DNA of 63,887 nt, filler included, from Octopus bimaculoides (lineage: Eukaryota): assembly GCF_001194135.2 (NCBI RefSeq). It is 5 parts of 5 records of this genome, joined end to end, with 100 filler letters (N's around TTAATTAATTAA, not from the genome) between each part and the next. Parts side by side here need not be neighbours in the genome. Positions count along the whole stretch, not along the records: positions 1 to 5,742 come from NC_068987.1; positions 5,843 to 35,365 come from NC_068990.1; 3 more parts are not named here. The stretch is one strand, 5' to 3'. Below the pieces are notes generated by a model that was not told the origin of the DNA, did no database searches, and saw only the letters and a program-made list of their open reading frames with translations. Positions 1-10,435 of the stretch are shown here, piece by piece (the first letter of the stretch is position 1; every line of letters starts with the position of its first letter). Made by a program: the position numbers and the translations under genes.

Positions 1-192
1 GACACGTAAAAGCACCCACTACACTCTCTGAGTGGTTGGCGTTAGGAAGGGCATCCAGCTGTAGAAACTCTGCCAAATCAGACTGGAGCCTGGTGTTGCC
101 ATCCGGTTTCACCAATCCTCAGTCAAATCGTCCAACCTATGCTAGCATGGAAAGCGGACGTTAAACGATGATGATGATGATGATGATGATGA
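1..192 (+). mobile_element. Repeat family D, 3' end of a retroposon with (GAT)n tail
   Basis: Ends ...ccaacctatgctagcatggaaagcggacgttaaacgatgatgatg; the same tail recurs at 45151-45257 and 48224-48417. Confidence 0.8.
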
Positions 193-195
193 TAT

Positions 196-934
196 ATATT
201 GAAAAAAGAAGTCGTCAGAATTTTGGAATAACTTCTTTCATTTATTTTATACATATATTAGCACTTTCGAAATTGTCAAATATAAATCTGTGAAATTACA
301 GAGATCTTGCTTATTTATATAAAAACAGGTGTTTTTGTTTATAACAAAACATTATTTTGTTTTTTTTGGGGTGAGGCTTTGGAGACAATGGAAGATGTAT
401 AAGTAGATAGATAGATAGACAGGCAGATAGAGAGATAGATAGATAAACTGATAGTCAGACAGATAGAGAGATGGATGGGGTAAAAGAAAGAGAGAAGGGC
501 CATTGTATTGAAATGGTCTTTTTAAGGAGTGTCAATAAGAAAAAAAAAAAAAAAAGTNNNNNNNNNNNNNNNNNNNNNNNNNNNNNNNNNNNNNNNNNNN
601 NNNNNNNNNNNNNNNNNNNNNNNNNNNNNNNNNNNNNNNNTTTTCTATTCATTATTCTCTATTTTTCTTCTCTTCTTCTACCATCCCTAAAAACCCTTTC
701 AAAACAATACAGTAAGTAGTAAACAAGCCTCACCCCAAAAAAACAAAAAAACAAAATAATGTTCTGTTATAAACAAAACCCCCAAAAACACCTGTCTTTA
801 TATAAATAAGCAAGATCTCTGTAATTTCACAGATTTATATTTGACAAGTTTGAAAGACAAAGGAAAGCGCTAATATATGTATAAAATAAATGAAAGAAGT
901 TATTCTAAAATTCTGACGACTTTTTTTTCAATAT
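196..934. mobile_element. Foldback/MITE-like element with ~180-210 bp inverted arms
   Basis: 196-379 is the reverse complement of 725-934 apart from small indels (gaagtcgtcagaattttggaataacttctttcatt versus aatgaaagaagttattctaaaattctgacgactt). Confidence 0.7.
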
Positions 935-1084
935 TTACTTCTGTACATCACACCTAACACTCTACACACACACACACACACATATATGATATTTACCACA
1001 TGAACTACGATGAAAAAAATATGAGAAAGATATAGTATATAATTTTTTTTAAGGGTTACACAAGGGCAAAAAGGTTGAGCAACA

Positions 1085-1500
1085 CTGCCTTAGGGTGATG
1101 GGACACACTGCTGCATGCTTCCATGGATTGTGATAAATAATTATAGTTAGAGAGAAGTTGAAGTATTTGGAAGGGCTGGATGTAAATTGAATGTGCTGCT
1201 TATGATTGATGGAAAGGAAAGAGTTAGGACTAATCACTTTGTTGGATTGATGTGATAAGAGATTTTCACATGTTGGGTAAGTGAAACTAGAGATGATAGA
1301 GTGTAATGTCTAGTCAAGAACATGCAATACAAAGTTGGGAACTAAAGTTAGTTGAGAGCAAACGTAGGACTTTTAACAGCATGTGTGGGTTGCTAACAGA
1401 GCCAGCTAGTTTGAGGAACGGCGGACTGGAAGAGTCTGCAAGGGGCTAGATGACTCTACCACAGTTTGCAAGATGAGAGAGTTTCATGGCTGAGTAATGT
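1085..1500 (-). mobile_element. Possible highly decayed LINE fragment
   Basis: Strand-asymmetric non-microsatellite sequence with many stops; similarity to LINE 3' regions is an impression only. Confidence 0.2.
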
Positions 1501-1548
1501 ACCAAAGTATTTACTGCTTTTTGTTTTAGAAGATAACCTGAGGCATTG

Positions 1549-2174
1549 TTAACCCTTTAGTATTCAGATTATTCTGTGGAGGCACAATGGCCCAGTGGTT
1601 AGGGCAGTGGACTTGTGGTCATAAGATCACGGTTTCGATTCCCAGACCAGGTGTTGTGAGTGTTTATTGAGCGAAAACACATAAAGCTCCATGAGGCTCT
1701 GGCAGGGGATGCTGGTGAACCCTGCTGTACTCTTCCACCACAACTTTATCTCACTCCTACTTCCTGTTTCTGTTGTACCTGTAATTCAAAGGGTCAGCCT
1801 TGTCACACTGTGTCACGCTGAATATCCCCGAGAACTACGTTAAGGGTACACGTGTCTGTGGAGTGCTCAGCCACTTGCACGTTAATTTCACAAGCAGACT
1901 GTTCCGTTGATCGGATCAACTGGAACCCCCCTCGTCGTCGTAACCGACGGAGTGCCAACAACAATTCAGATTATTCTATCAAATGTAATGTTTATTTATT
2001 CACATTGTATTGAATTTATCCTGCATTATTTTGTAGCCGTGAGATTTTGATTGTGATTACATTTTTAGACTAACACTGGAGGGTAGTTGTGAGAGGCTTG
2101 ATCTGGCCAGTTTGAACAGAAGACAGGAACAATATTTCGGCTGAATATGAATGATCTGAATGCTAAGGGGTCAG
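1549..2174 (+). mobile_element. piggyBac-like MITE (TTAA-CCC... termini) interrupted by a SINE-B copy
   Basis: Starts ttaaccctttag, ends ctaaggggtcag; body tattcagattattct...gatctggccagtttgaac recurs at 5352-5506, 39666-40660 and 46780-46928. TTAA target plus CCC terminus is the piggyBac signature. Confidence 0.65.
1576..1963 (+). mobile_element. SINE-B, full length, tRNA-derived head, (CAA)n tail
   Basis: A-box tggcccagtgg, B-box ggtttcgattcc; 14-bp TSD attcagattattct at 1562-1575 and 1964-1977. Confidence 0.92.
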
Positions 2175-2789
2175 AGTTGATAAAAACTTACAACACTCGT
2201 GGGCAATGTTCTTTGTCTATGCAGCACAGGGAGTTTTGAGGTTAGAAGCTTTGGTTTTAGTGAAAGACGTAAAGCGACATATTTAAGGTGTTAGTTTTTT
2301 GCCCATCTACTTGCTTGATGATTAAGGACATTTTTTATTAATAATTTTCATAAAAAGGCAAATTGTTGGCTTTATCTAAATGTGTGCAGCAGACTGAGCT
2401 TTCTCAAATGCCTCCATGTCCAAATCTAAGGGGTTGTATTAAACCAAACAGAATGTGAGGTAGGAAAAGCCAAACCTAGTTAAGCTACACTCATTTAATA
2501 ATTAGATCAGTAGGTTCCCCTCACAGTAAGATGAGATCACTTTTACATACACTTAACTAAAGCTTGCTACATAATTTATCTTATTTGATTAACAACATGA
2601 CTACTATATCATTGTACTTCAGCGGGGATGACAATTACAGCCTAAACGTACTGCAAAAATGACAAGTATTATGTTACAAAAGATATTTGATCCATCTCCA
2701 ATATTTAACACACACTATAGTTACTCCAGTGTGTGAATACTGATAAATATTTTAAGTAGTTTTTATACGAAGATTGTTTACTGCAGATA

Positions 2790-4496
2790 TCACAATAGCA
2801 TGGTTTCTCTGTTGTGCGAATACATTTTATGACGTGTTAAAATTTTTTTTGCAGAGAATGCTTTACCACAAATATCACAAGAATATGGTTTTTCTCCTGT
2901 GTGAATACGTTTGTGAAGTGTCAAATATTCGTTTCGAGAGAATGACTTACTACATATATCACAATGGTATGGTTTTTCTCCAGTATGAATGCGTTTATGA
3001 CGGGTTAGAATTTTACTCGTAGAAAATGTTTTACCACAAGTATCACATGGATATGGCCTTTCTATGTGTATGCGTTGGTGAAGAGTCAAATACTCGTTTT
3101 GAGAGAATGATTTACCGCATATATTACAATGATATGGTTTATCACATGTATGAATATCTCTGTGACTAACCAAATATCTCTTTTGTGAAAATATTTTACC
3201 ACAGATATCACACTGATGCAATTTCTCACTTGTGAAAATAGATTCATGAGAAGTTAGATTTTCACTTGCAGTGAGCTCTTTATTGGCCATGTCAGAATCA
3301 CGAGTCTTTACAGCTGTGTGAATGCGTTTGTGACGTTTCAAATAAGTGTTCTGAGAGAATGTTTTAAAACAGATATCACAGCTGAACGGCTTCTCATCCA
3401 TATGATTATATTTATGGCTAATTAATGATTTCATTTCGTAAAATGCTCGACCACAGATATCGCATTGGTAAGGTTTTATACCACTGTGAATGCGCTTATG
3501 ACGAGACAAATCTCCACTTACTGAGAAGGTCTTCCCACAGACATCACACTGGTATGGTCTCTCTCCTGTGTGAATATTCCGGTGATTACTTAAATGTCCA
3601 CTTTGAGAGAATGATTTATCACAGACATCACATTTGTATGGCTTCTCCTCTGAATGAATGCGCTTATGACAAGATAAATTTCCACTGGCTGAGAATGATT
3701 TACCACACACATCACATTGGTATGGTTTCTTACCTGTGTGTGTACGTTTATGACATGTCAGATGTCCACTTCCAGAGAATCTTTTACCACAGATATCACA
3801 TTCATATGGCTTTATCCCAGTATGAATACGTAGGTGACGCTTTAAATAATCATTCCGAGAAAATGCTTTGCTACAGATAGCACAGTGGTATGGTTTCTCT
3901 CCTGTGTGAATGAGTTTATGATAGTTTAAATAGCCATTTTGAGAGAACTTTTTACCACACACATCACAGTGGTATGGTTTCTCATCTATATGAATACGTT
4001 TATGAGAACTTAATACTTTACTTTCACGAAACTTCTCACCACAGATATTACAAGAATATGGCTTCTCCTCAGTGTGAATACGTTTATGAGCAGTTAAATT
4101 TTCAATTGTGTAAAATGTTTTACCACAGACTTCACAGCGGCTTGGCTTTTTGCCCGAGTGGATATACTTATGGCGTGTCAGATTGTCATTGCGAGAGAAC
4201 GTTTTGCCACAGACATCGCAGCAGTATGGCTTGACTCTAGTGTGAGTACATTTATGACGAGTTAACTTTGAACTGTCGGAGAATACTTTAGCGCAGATAT
4301 CACAGTGATGTGTTTTCTTATCTGTGTGGGTAAGTTTGTGATTAGTCAAACTTTCAACATCAGAGAATATTAATAAACATACATCACAGGTGTAGAACTG
4401 TTTTCCTACATCTAATTTTGTCTCATGAGATATACCTTTATTCTCAGATTTTATTTCAACGTGAGCCTGACCCTCACTCCTCAATGTCTCCTCCAT
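2790..4496 (-). CDS. Tandem C2H2 (Kruppel-type) zinc-finger protein, 568 aa: 18 intact fingers plus one degenerate finger, no recognisable N-terminal effector domain
   Basis: Uninterrupted ORF of C-x2-C-x12-H-x3-H units on a 28-aa register with TGEKP-type linkers. Two in-frame TGA codons lie just upstream of the ATG (4494-4496), downstream of a ttttgcag acceptor (AG at 4523-4522), supporting this ATG as the start. Confidence 0.95.
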   Translation of the reverse strand: MEETLRSEGQAHVEIKSENKGISHETKLDVGKQFYTCDVCLLIFSDVESLTNHKLTHTDKKTHHCDICAKVFSDSSKLTRHKCTHTRVKPYCCDVCGKTFSRNDNLTRHKYIHSGKKPSRCEVCGKTFYTIENLTAHKRIHTEEKPYSCNICGEKFRESKVLSSHKRIHIDEKPYHCDVCGKKFSQNGYLNYHKLIHTGEKPYHCAICSKAFSRNDYLKRHLRIHTGIKPYECDICGKRFSGSGHLTCHKRTHTGKKPYQCDVCGKSFSASGNLSCHKRIHSEEKPYKCDVCDKSFSQSGHLSNHRNIHTGERPYQCDVCGKTFSVSGDLSRHKRIHSGIKPYQCDICGRAFYEMKSLISHKYNHMDEKPFSCDICFKTFSQNTYLKRHKRIHTAVKTRDSDMANKELTASENLTSHESIFTSEKLHQCDICGKIFSQKRYLVSHRDIHTCDKPYHCNICGKSFSQNEYLTLHQRIHIERPYPCDTCGKTFSTSKILTRHKRIHTGEKPYHCDICSKSFSRNEYLTLHKRIHTGEKPYSCDICGKAFSAKKILTRHKMYSHNRETMLL

Positions 4497-5351
4497 ATTG
4501 TGGTTGCCTGTGGTTCATCAACTGCAAAAGCAATTCCTTTCTTTTATAAATACATAAATCACTTCAAGGTTATGTAATCAATGTCACATGGTCTTGTTGA
4601 TAATGTCAGTCTTCATTAATGTATCATTGGTGACAAATTCTCTGAAATAGTAAAACAGTAGAAGATATAAGGAGTAATAAAACGGTAAAACAAATGTTGT
4701 TGTGAAGAGGAGGTTTGACTAGAAACATTACATTCTAAAACAGTAAATGGGTGATTAAATACAGAGAAAAGGTACAATGTTATGGACATAGCTTCTTTGA
4801 ACTAGTCACCTCCTGGAATACGTGTATGTGCATGCATGTGTGTGTGTGTGTGTTAACAAGGCTACCAATGGTTTCATGTAAAAAGGAATCTCTTAACAAT
4901 TATCAAGACTGCTACAAGGGGTACTCATCTCCATTTTGGAGATGAGTACCAACATTCTTATATGGCAGGTTTGATAATTGTTACGAGATCTCCTTTTTAT
5001 GTGAGGTCACCGCCTGTGCCTGTAAATAATGCATTCCCATGCCAGGAATTGAACACTGCCTGGGTAAAAGCCAGGAAGCCTAACCATATAATGGATGTAT
5101 AAGTTTAATAAAAGCTAGTTTTCAGTTTATTTATATAACAATCTATATTCTACACGTGTCATTTTTACTATGGTCAATGAAATAAAGGAATGAAACAGGA
5201 TAAAAACAAAATAGAAATTTTATGAAAATAGATTTTGCTTTTTAATTCTCTCAACTGTATTTTTTAGATATTACATTTTAATTTTTGTCATTTTCAACAT
5301 TTTAATATCACTAGAAAATTTGTATTCTTCAACATCAGTTCAATACATTGT

Positions 5352-5506
5352 TTAACTCTTTAGGATTTAAACTGGCCATATCCAGCCCAAATATTCTACT
5401 TGTTTTATGTTCAAACCAGTCAGATCTGGCCTCTCACAGCTACCCTACAATGTCATTCTAAAAATATACAATCACATCATCAAAATCTCAAAACCACAAC
5501 ATAATA
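5352..5506 (-). mobile_element. piggyBac-like MITE, partial copy
   Basis: Reverse complement of the 3' half of the 1549-2174 element, starting ttaactcttta. Confidence 0.6.
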
Positions 5507-5701
5507 TACTCTTTTACTTGTTTCAGTCATTTGACTGTGGCCATGCTGGAGCACCGCCTTTAGTCGAGCAAATCGACCCCAGGACTTATTCTTTGTAAGC
5601 CTAGTACTTATTCTATCGGTCTCTTTTGCCGAATCGCTAAGTTATGGGGACGTAAACACACCAGCATCGGTTGTCAAGCGATGTTGGGGGGACAAACACA
5701 G

Positions 5702-5742
<41 letters not shown>
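5507..5742 (-). mobile_element. SINE-A, 3' half (head lost in N gap)
   Basis: ctcttttacttgtttcagtcatttgactgtggccatgctggagcaccgcc... matches the full copies at 46387, 49489, 51133 and 53203. Confidence 0.9.
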
Positions 5743-5842
5743 NNNNNNNNNNNNNNNNNNNNNNNNNNNNNNNNNNNNNNNNNNNNTTAATTAATTAANN
5801 NNNNNNNNNNNNNNNNNNNNNNNNNNNNNNNNNNNNNNNNNN

Positions 5843-5880
<38 letters not shown>

Positions 5881-6562
5881 GTTGTTGTTTTTGTTATTGT
5901 TGCTGTTCTTGTTCTTGTTGTTGCTTGCTGTTGTTGTTATTTGTCTATCGTTACTGTCAGGTTTTGTTTTGGGAAGCCAGGTAGGTCCCTGTAGTGGCTG
6001 GACCCCTTTGAGTTCACTGTGTTTCTTTTTCTTCTTTTTTTTTCTTTTCTTGAAGCATGGCGACGATGAGAACGGCTGAGAAGAAAGAGAGGTAAGAAGG
6101 AGATGACAAAAAGTGTGGAAGTTGTGAGGAGAATTACCCGATTCGCATATCAGATGCAGATAGTAGGAGGAGTAACTAAGGAGACCTTCCTCTTCTTTAG
6201 CGAGATTGACAGCAGCAGCAGCAGCAACAATAACAACAAACACTGCCAGCCATCCCTCCCTCCCGACTAACAAACGTAAGAATAGAGAGAGAGGCAACAA
6301 AAATAGCCGGGAAGCTAAACCACCACCGTCACCATGGTGGAAATTGTGCCAACAAGCAGCTGCAAAACCTTTCAACAATAGCAACAAGTCCCCTCACATT
6401 TGTTAGGGCAACAAGTAGATGGAGGCAGGTGTTGTTATAGCATTTAAATAAGCCAAGAAATATATAGGGAGCGACAATAGCGAATCAATAAGAGCCTTCA
6501 CGCACACGCATGCGCACACAGATGCCGTCCTGCAAACAATGAAATGATACTACTAATAGTAA

Positions 6563-6772
6563 TAACCCTTTCTACTATAGGCACAAGGCCTGCAATTTGG
6601 GGGAAGGGAATAGTCGATTACATCTACCCGCAATGCATAACTGGTACTTATTTCATCGACCCCCAAAGGATGAAAGGCAAAGTCGACCTCAGCGGAATTT
6701 GAACTCAGAACGTAAAGACGGACGGAAAGCTGCTAAGCCTTGCATGCTAACGATTCTGCCAGCTCGCTGCCT
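6563..6772 (-). mobile_element. SINE-C, near full length
   Basis: Minus strand: gagctggcagaatcgttag (A-box), gagttcaaattcc (B-box), central gaggtcgactttgcctttcatcctttgggggtcgat; matches 34722, 48896 and 16428 copies. Confidence 0.88.
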
Positions 6773-6773
6773 T

Positions 6774-6780
6774 AATAATG

Positions 6781-6853
<73 letters not shown>
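6774..6853. repeat. (AAT)n microsatellite
   Basis: Direct reading. Confidence 0.98.
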
Positions 6854-6854
<1 letters not shown>

Positions 6855-6855
<1 letters not shown>

Positions 6856-6905
6856 GCCCCGAAAGGATGAAAGGCAAAGTCGACCTCGGCAGAATTTGAA
6901 CTCAG
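6855..6905 (-). mobile_element. SINE-C fragment (B-box plus central motif)
   Basis: ccccgaaaggatgaaaggcaaagtcgacctcggcagaatttgaactcaga. Confidence 0.8.
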
Positions 6906-7031
6906 AGACGTCACAATATAGCAAGGATTGTCCATTGGACACTTTGCAACAAGTATGGTCTTGACAGAGCAAAAAAGTGGTACGAACATAAACCCGAAGG
7001 CATAATCGAAAATAATAATACAAAGATTTTT
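6906..7031 (+). mobile_element. R4/Dong-clade (RLE-type) non-LTR retrotransposon ORF fragment
   Basis: Translates RRHNIARIVHWTLCNKYGLDRAKKWYEHKPEGIIENNNTKIF, matching from memory the RHDxVARxVHWxLCxKYG...WYEHxPExVxEN...KILWD segment between CCHC finger and RLE nuclease. Confidence 0.75.
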
Positions 7032-9059
7032 AAGTGTTTCTTTTTTTAAGGGCTGGAACAGATTAATTATAATTTAGTTAATTTCAGTGGGGAGAATTGA
7101 TTTGTAAAACGAGTAAACCATAAGACGAGCTCGGTCATAGAACGAATTAAACTCGTACTGCGAGGTATCACTATACTGTGACTAGTATCACTCTACATTT
7201 CTTTCTTTTCTTCCATTTTATTTTTCATAATGTGTGCTTGATATTTCATGCTGGTATTTAAATGTTCGATTCTACAGCGCAAATTGTCGACTTTCGTTAG
7301 CCACGTGGGTGGCATCCGTTGCTTAATTTCATTGCCATGTGTATCTTGCGGACCTCATAGAAGTTGTTTCAAAGTGATAGCAGCTGTGTATAGAAAGCGT
7401 TGATTGTCCAGTAGACTCTATCACGTGTTCTCGCATTTTCTTTTCCAGCGATTCTGTCGATAACATTTAACGTAAGACTGGCCGTGATTTCCCTTTTCTT
7501 TGAGTCACGTCAAAAACGATTTCTTGTCTAAAGATAGATTCGAGAATTTGGAAAACTTCGCAAACTGTGGCTTCAAAGTCTTTTATTTATTTAGTTTGAA
7601 GCTGTAAATATTCCAAAGGCATCTCTGTCAGTTCAGTTGTATGTAAATGTTGGATTATGGCGATAATGATAGCAATGGCGTTGCTGGTTGCGTATATATC
7701 GTTACATGTGTGTGTTTGTATCAGGCGATGATGGTGGCAACGAAAGAGGCGATGCTATCAGCGGTTTGTTTACATTTCTATTACACTTTCTCCTTATTGC
7801 AGCTTTTCTTTAGTTTGGGTTAGCTTTCAAAATCGACCAAACATTACAGTTGGAATAACACTCAATGTCTGCAAAACTCATTTTGTAAGCAACGAATGAT
7901 GTCCGTTGACGGAGCTACTTGGCTCGAAGTAGCTTATGTTGAGTTGGACTAAATTATTTTTTATTTAAATACCATCTTCAAGAGTTTAGTCGATCAACTT
8001 GACTCAAGCACTTATTGGTGCCTTATGGACGAACCTGCTGTGTTTCTTAACCCTTTTCCCTTGTGTAACCCTCAAAATAAATTACATGTCTCAAGGAACC
8101 CCTGCACAAAAAAAAAAAAATTATATATCATATTTCTCATTTTTTCATCGCAGTTCACGTGGTAAATATCATATATATATATATATATATATATATAACA
8201 ATATATTATAAATTAACTACCAACAAAAATAATTGGTAAGCTAACTTAAAAAATCATCACCTAAATAGCAGAAAAAAACGACAGTGAAGATATGCAGACT
8301 CTTCAAGAATCGATCCTTTTGGTAATATTAATAATAATAAAGGAGTTACGACGCAAAAACGTATAAATTCAAAAGAACATATTTATCTTCTTCAATATAT
8401 ATTTCAGTATAAAGAATTCATTAAGATGCTTANNNNNNNNNNNNNNNNNNNNNNNNNNNNNNNNNNNNNNNNNNNNNNNNNNNNNNNNNNNNNNNNNNNN
8501 NNNNNNNNNNNNNNNNNNNNNNNNNNNNNNNNNNNNNNNNNNNNNNNNNNNNNNNNNNNNNNNNNNNNNNNNNNNNNNNNNNNNNNNNNNNNNNNNNNNN
8601 NNNNNNNNNNNNNNNNNNNNNNNNNNNNNNNNNNNNNNNNNNNNNNNNNNNNNNNNNNNNNNNNNNNNNNNNNNNNNNNNNNNNNNNNNNNNNNNNNNNN
8701 NNNNNNNNNNNNNNNNNNNNNNNNNNNNNNNNNNNNNNNNNNNNNNNNNNNNNNNNNNNNNNNNNNNNNNNNNNNNNNNNNNNNNNNNNNNNNNNNNNNN
8801 NNNNNNNNNNNNNNNNNNNNNNNNNNNNNNNNNNNNNNNNNNNNNNNNNNNNNNNNNNNNNNNNNNNNNNNNNNNNNNNNNNNNNNNNNNNNNNNNNNNN
8901 NNNNNNNNNNNNNNNNNNNNNNNNNNNNNNNNNNNNNNNNNNNNNNNNNNNNNNNNNNNNNNNNNNNNNNNNNNNNNNNNNNNNNNNNNNNNNNNNNNNN
9001 NNNNNNNNNNNNNNNNNNNNNNNNNNNNNNNNNNNNNNNNNNNNNNNNNNNNNNNNNNN

Positions 9060-9177
9060 GGTTCAGTCCCACTGCGTGGCACTTTGAGCAAGGCTCTTCT
9101 ACTATAGCTTCGGGTCGACCAAAGCCTTGTGAGTGGATTTGATAGACGGAAACTGAAAGAAGCACGTCGTATATACG

Positions 9178-9240
<63 letters not shown>
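9060..9240 (+). mobile_element. SINE-A, partial (B-box to internal microsatellite)
   Basis: gttcagtcccactgcgtggcactttgagcaagg...gacggaaactgaaagaagc. Confidence 0.85.
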
Positions 9241-9242
<2 letters not shown>

Positions 9243-9478
9243 CATATTTAGATGCTTTTATTAAATTCATTCAGTTGTTAAACAAATAAATCTTGGAATT
9301 AAATGGTTTTGATTTACTGTCAGGTGACTTTTGGCCAAGCCTGTGTATGTACTATCATACATACACGCTCTCTCTATAGGCGAATCACTCCAGTACAACA
9401 AACTATCGAACCGTACTAGTATCCAGTGGGATTAGATTAAATGTAAACTTCCCCGTGTATTTGTACTTAGCTTATCCC

Positions 9479-9582
9479 GAGGCTATAGTAGAAGACACTT
9501 TCCCAAGGTGCCACGCAGTGGGACTGAACCCAGATCCATGTGGTTGGGAAGCAAGCTACTTACCACACAGCCACTCCTGCGC
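9479..9582 (-). mobile_element. SINE-A head fragment
   Basis: Reverse complement of gcaggagtggctgtgtggtaagtagcttgc...gggttcagtcccactgcgtggcacc. Confidence 0.85.
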
Positions 9583-9645
9583 TCTAACTATTTTCTATTA
9601 GAATTTACATATTTTACTTAACTTCACATATTCAGGGAAAATAGC

Positions 9646-9683
<38 letters not shown>

Positions 9684-10403
9684 TATAGAAACGCTTTGTG
9701 TTCTACGATCCAATGTTATCATTCACATTCACAGCATATCGTGTTTTTGCACATGCCGATGATAATTTTCTCCCGGAAGTAGCTCAGTAGTGGAAGACCA
9801 TCCGTTTGCGCTCGAACGCGCTGGATATAATTTTACATGACAGCAAATAGATTTCCAATTAAAATGTAAAGTAGAGGAGCGCAAAAACCAACCGAGCTTA
9901 TTTTGACGGACATATTGAATATATGTGTTTGCAAATTTCTTTTACGTTATGAACGCAAATGATAAAGAGCGATGATACACAAAATGTGAGGAAAATAAAG
10001 TAGGATAATAGACACACACACACATACACATATGATATATGCTTTTCGCTTGTTAATGAGAAACAAGCATTCAATTCAGTGAGAATGAATAGAAAACTTA
10101 TACGTGAGTCTAAGTGGTTCAGATTCACACACGGTACGCTATACAATCTCGTCCAATTATTTTGAACATGAAACTTGAAGTAGCTCACGTATAACTCCTG
10201 TATACGTTGAATGACATGTATGTGTGTGTGAGTGTAAACAAACCTCTCCAGTCTTATTTTGTTCTATGTACACTTTGTTATATTTATAACGAAAGGAACC
10301 AGTAGCATGGGAGTTGGAGAAAATGACACGAATTTTCTTTACGGTTTTCTATATAGGAATATATACATATATATCTATATATATATATATGTGTGTGTGT
10401 GTG

Positions 10404-10435
<32 letters not shown>

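Larger units (their letters stand above)
6000..7900. promoter_or_regulatory. CpG-enriched promoter-like island, possibly bidirectional
   Basis: CpG visibly enriched over background; NRF1-like cgcatgcgca 6507-6516; E-box ccacgtgg near 7302; candidate donors on both strands (minus CGG|GTAATT at 6137; plus AG|GTAAGA at 6092 and AAC|GTAAGA near 7471). Confidence 0.4.

Noticed and set aside
1576-1650. tRNA-like sequences at SINE-A/B/C heads
   Set aside because: A/B boxes are present but there is no acceptor-stem pairing and each continues into a SINE body; not tRNA genes.
3425-4234. Plus-strand ORFs 3425-3880, 3974-4234 and 2774-3022
   Set aside because: Antisense shadows of the periodic zinc-finger codons.
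5743-5842. TTAATTAATTAA islands inside gaps (5787-5798, 35410-35421, 56097-56108, 62822-62833)
   Set aside because: Each sits as 44 N + 12 bp + 44 N = 100 bp; a scaffolding spacer with stops in all six frames, not biological.
5791-6387. 198-aa minus-strand ORF
   Set aside because: Runs through poly-A, poly-N and gap; no domain; more consistent with UTR/promoter sequence.
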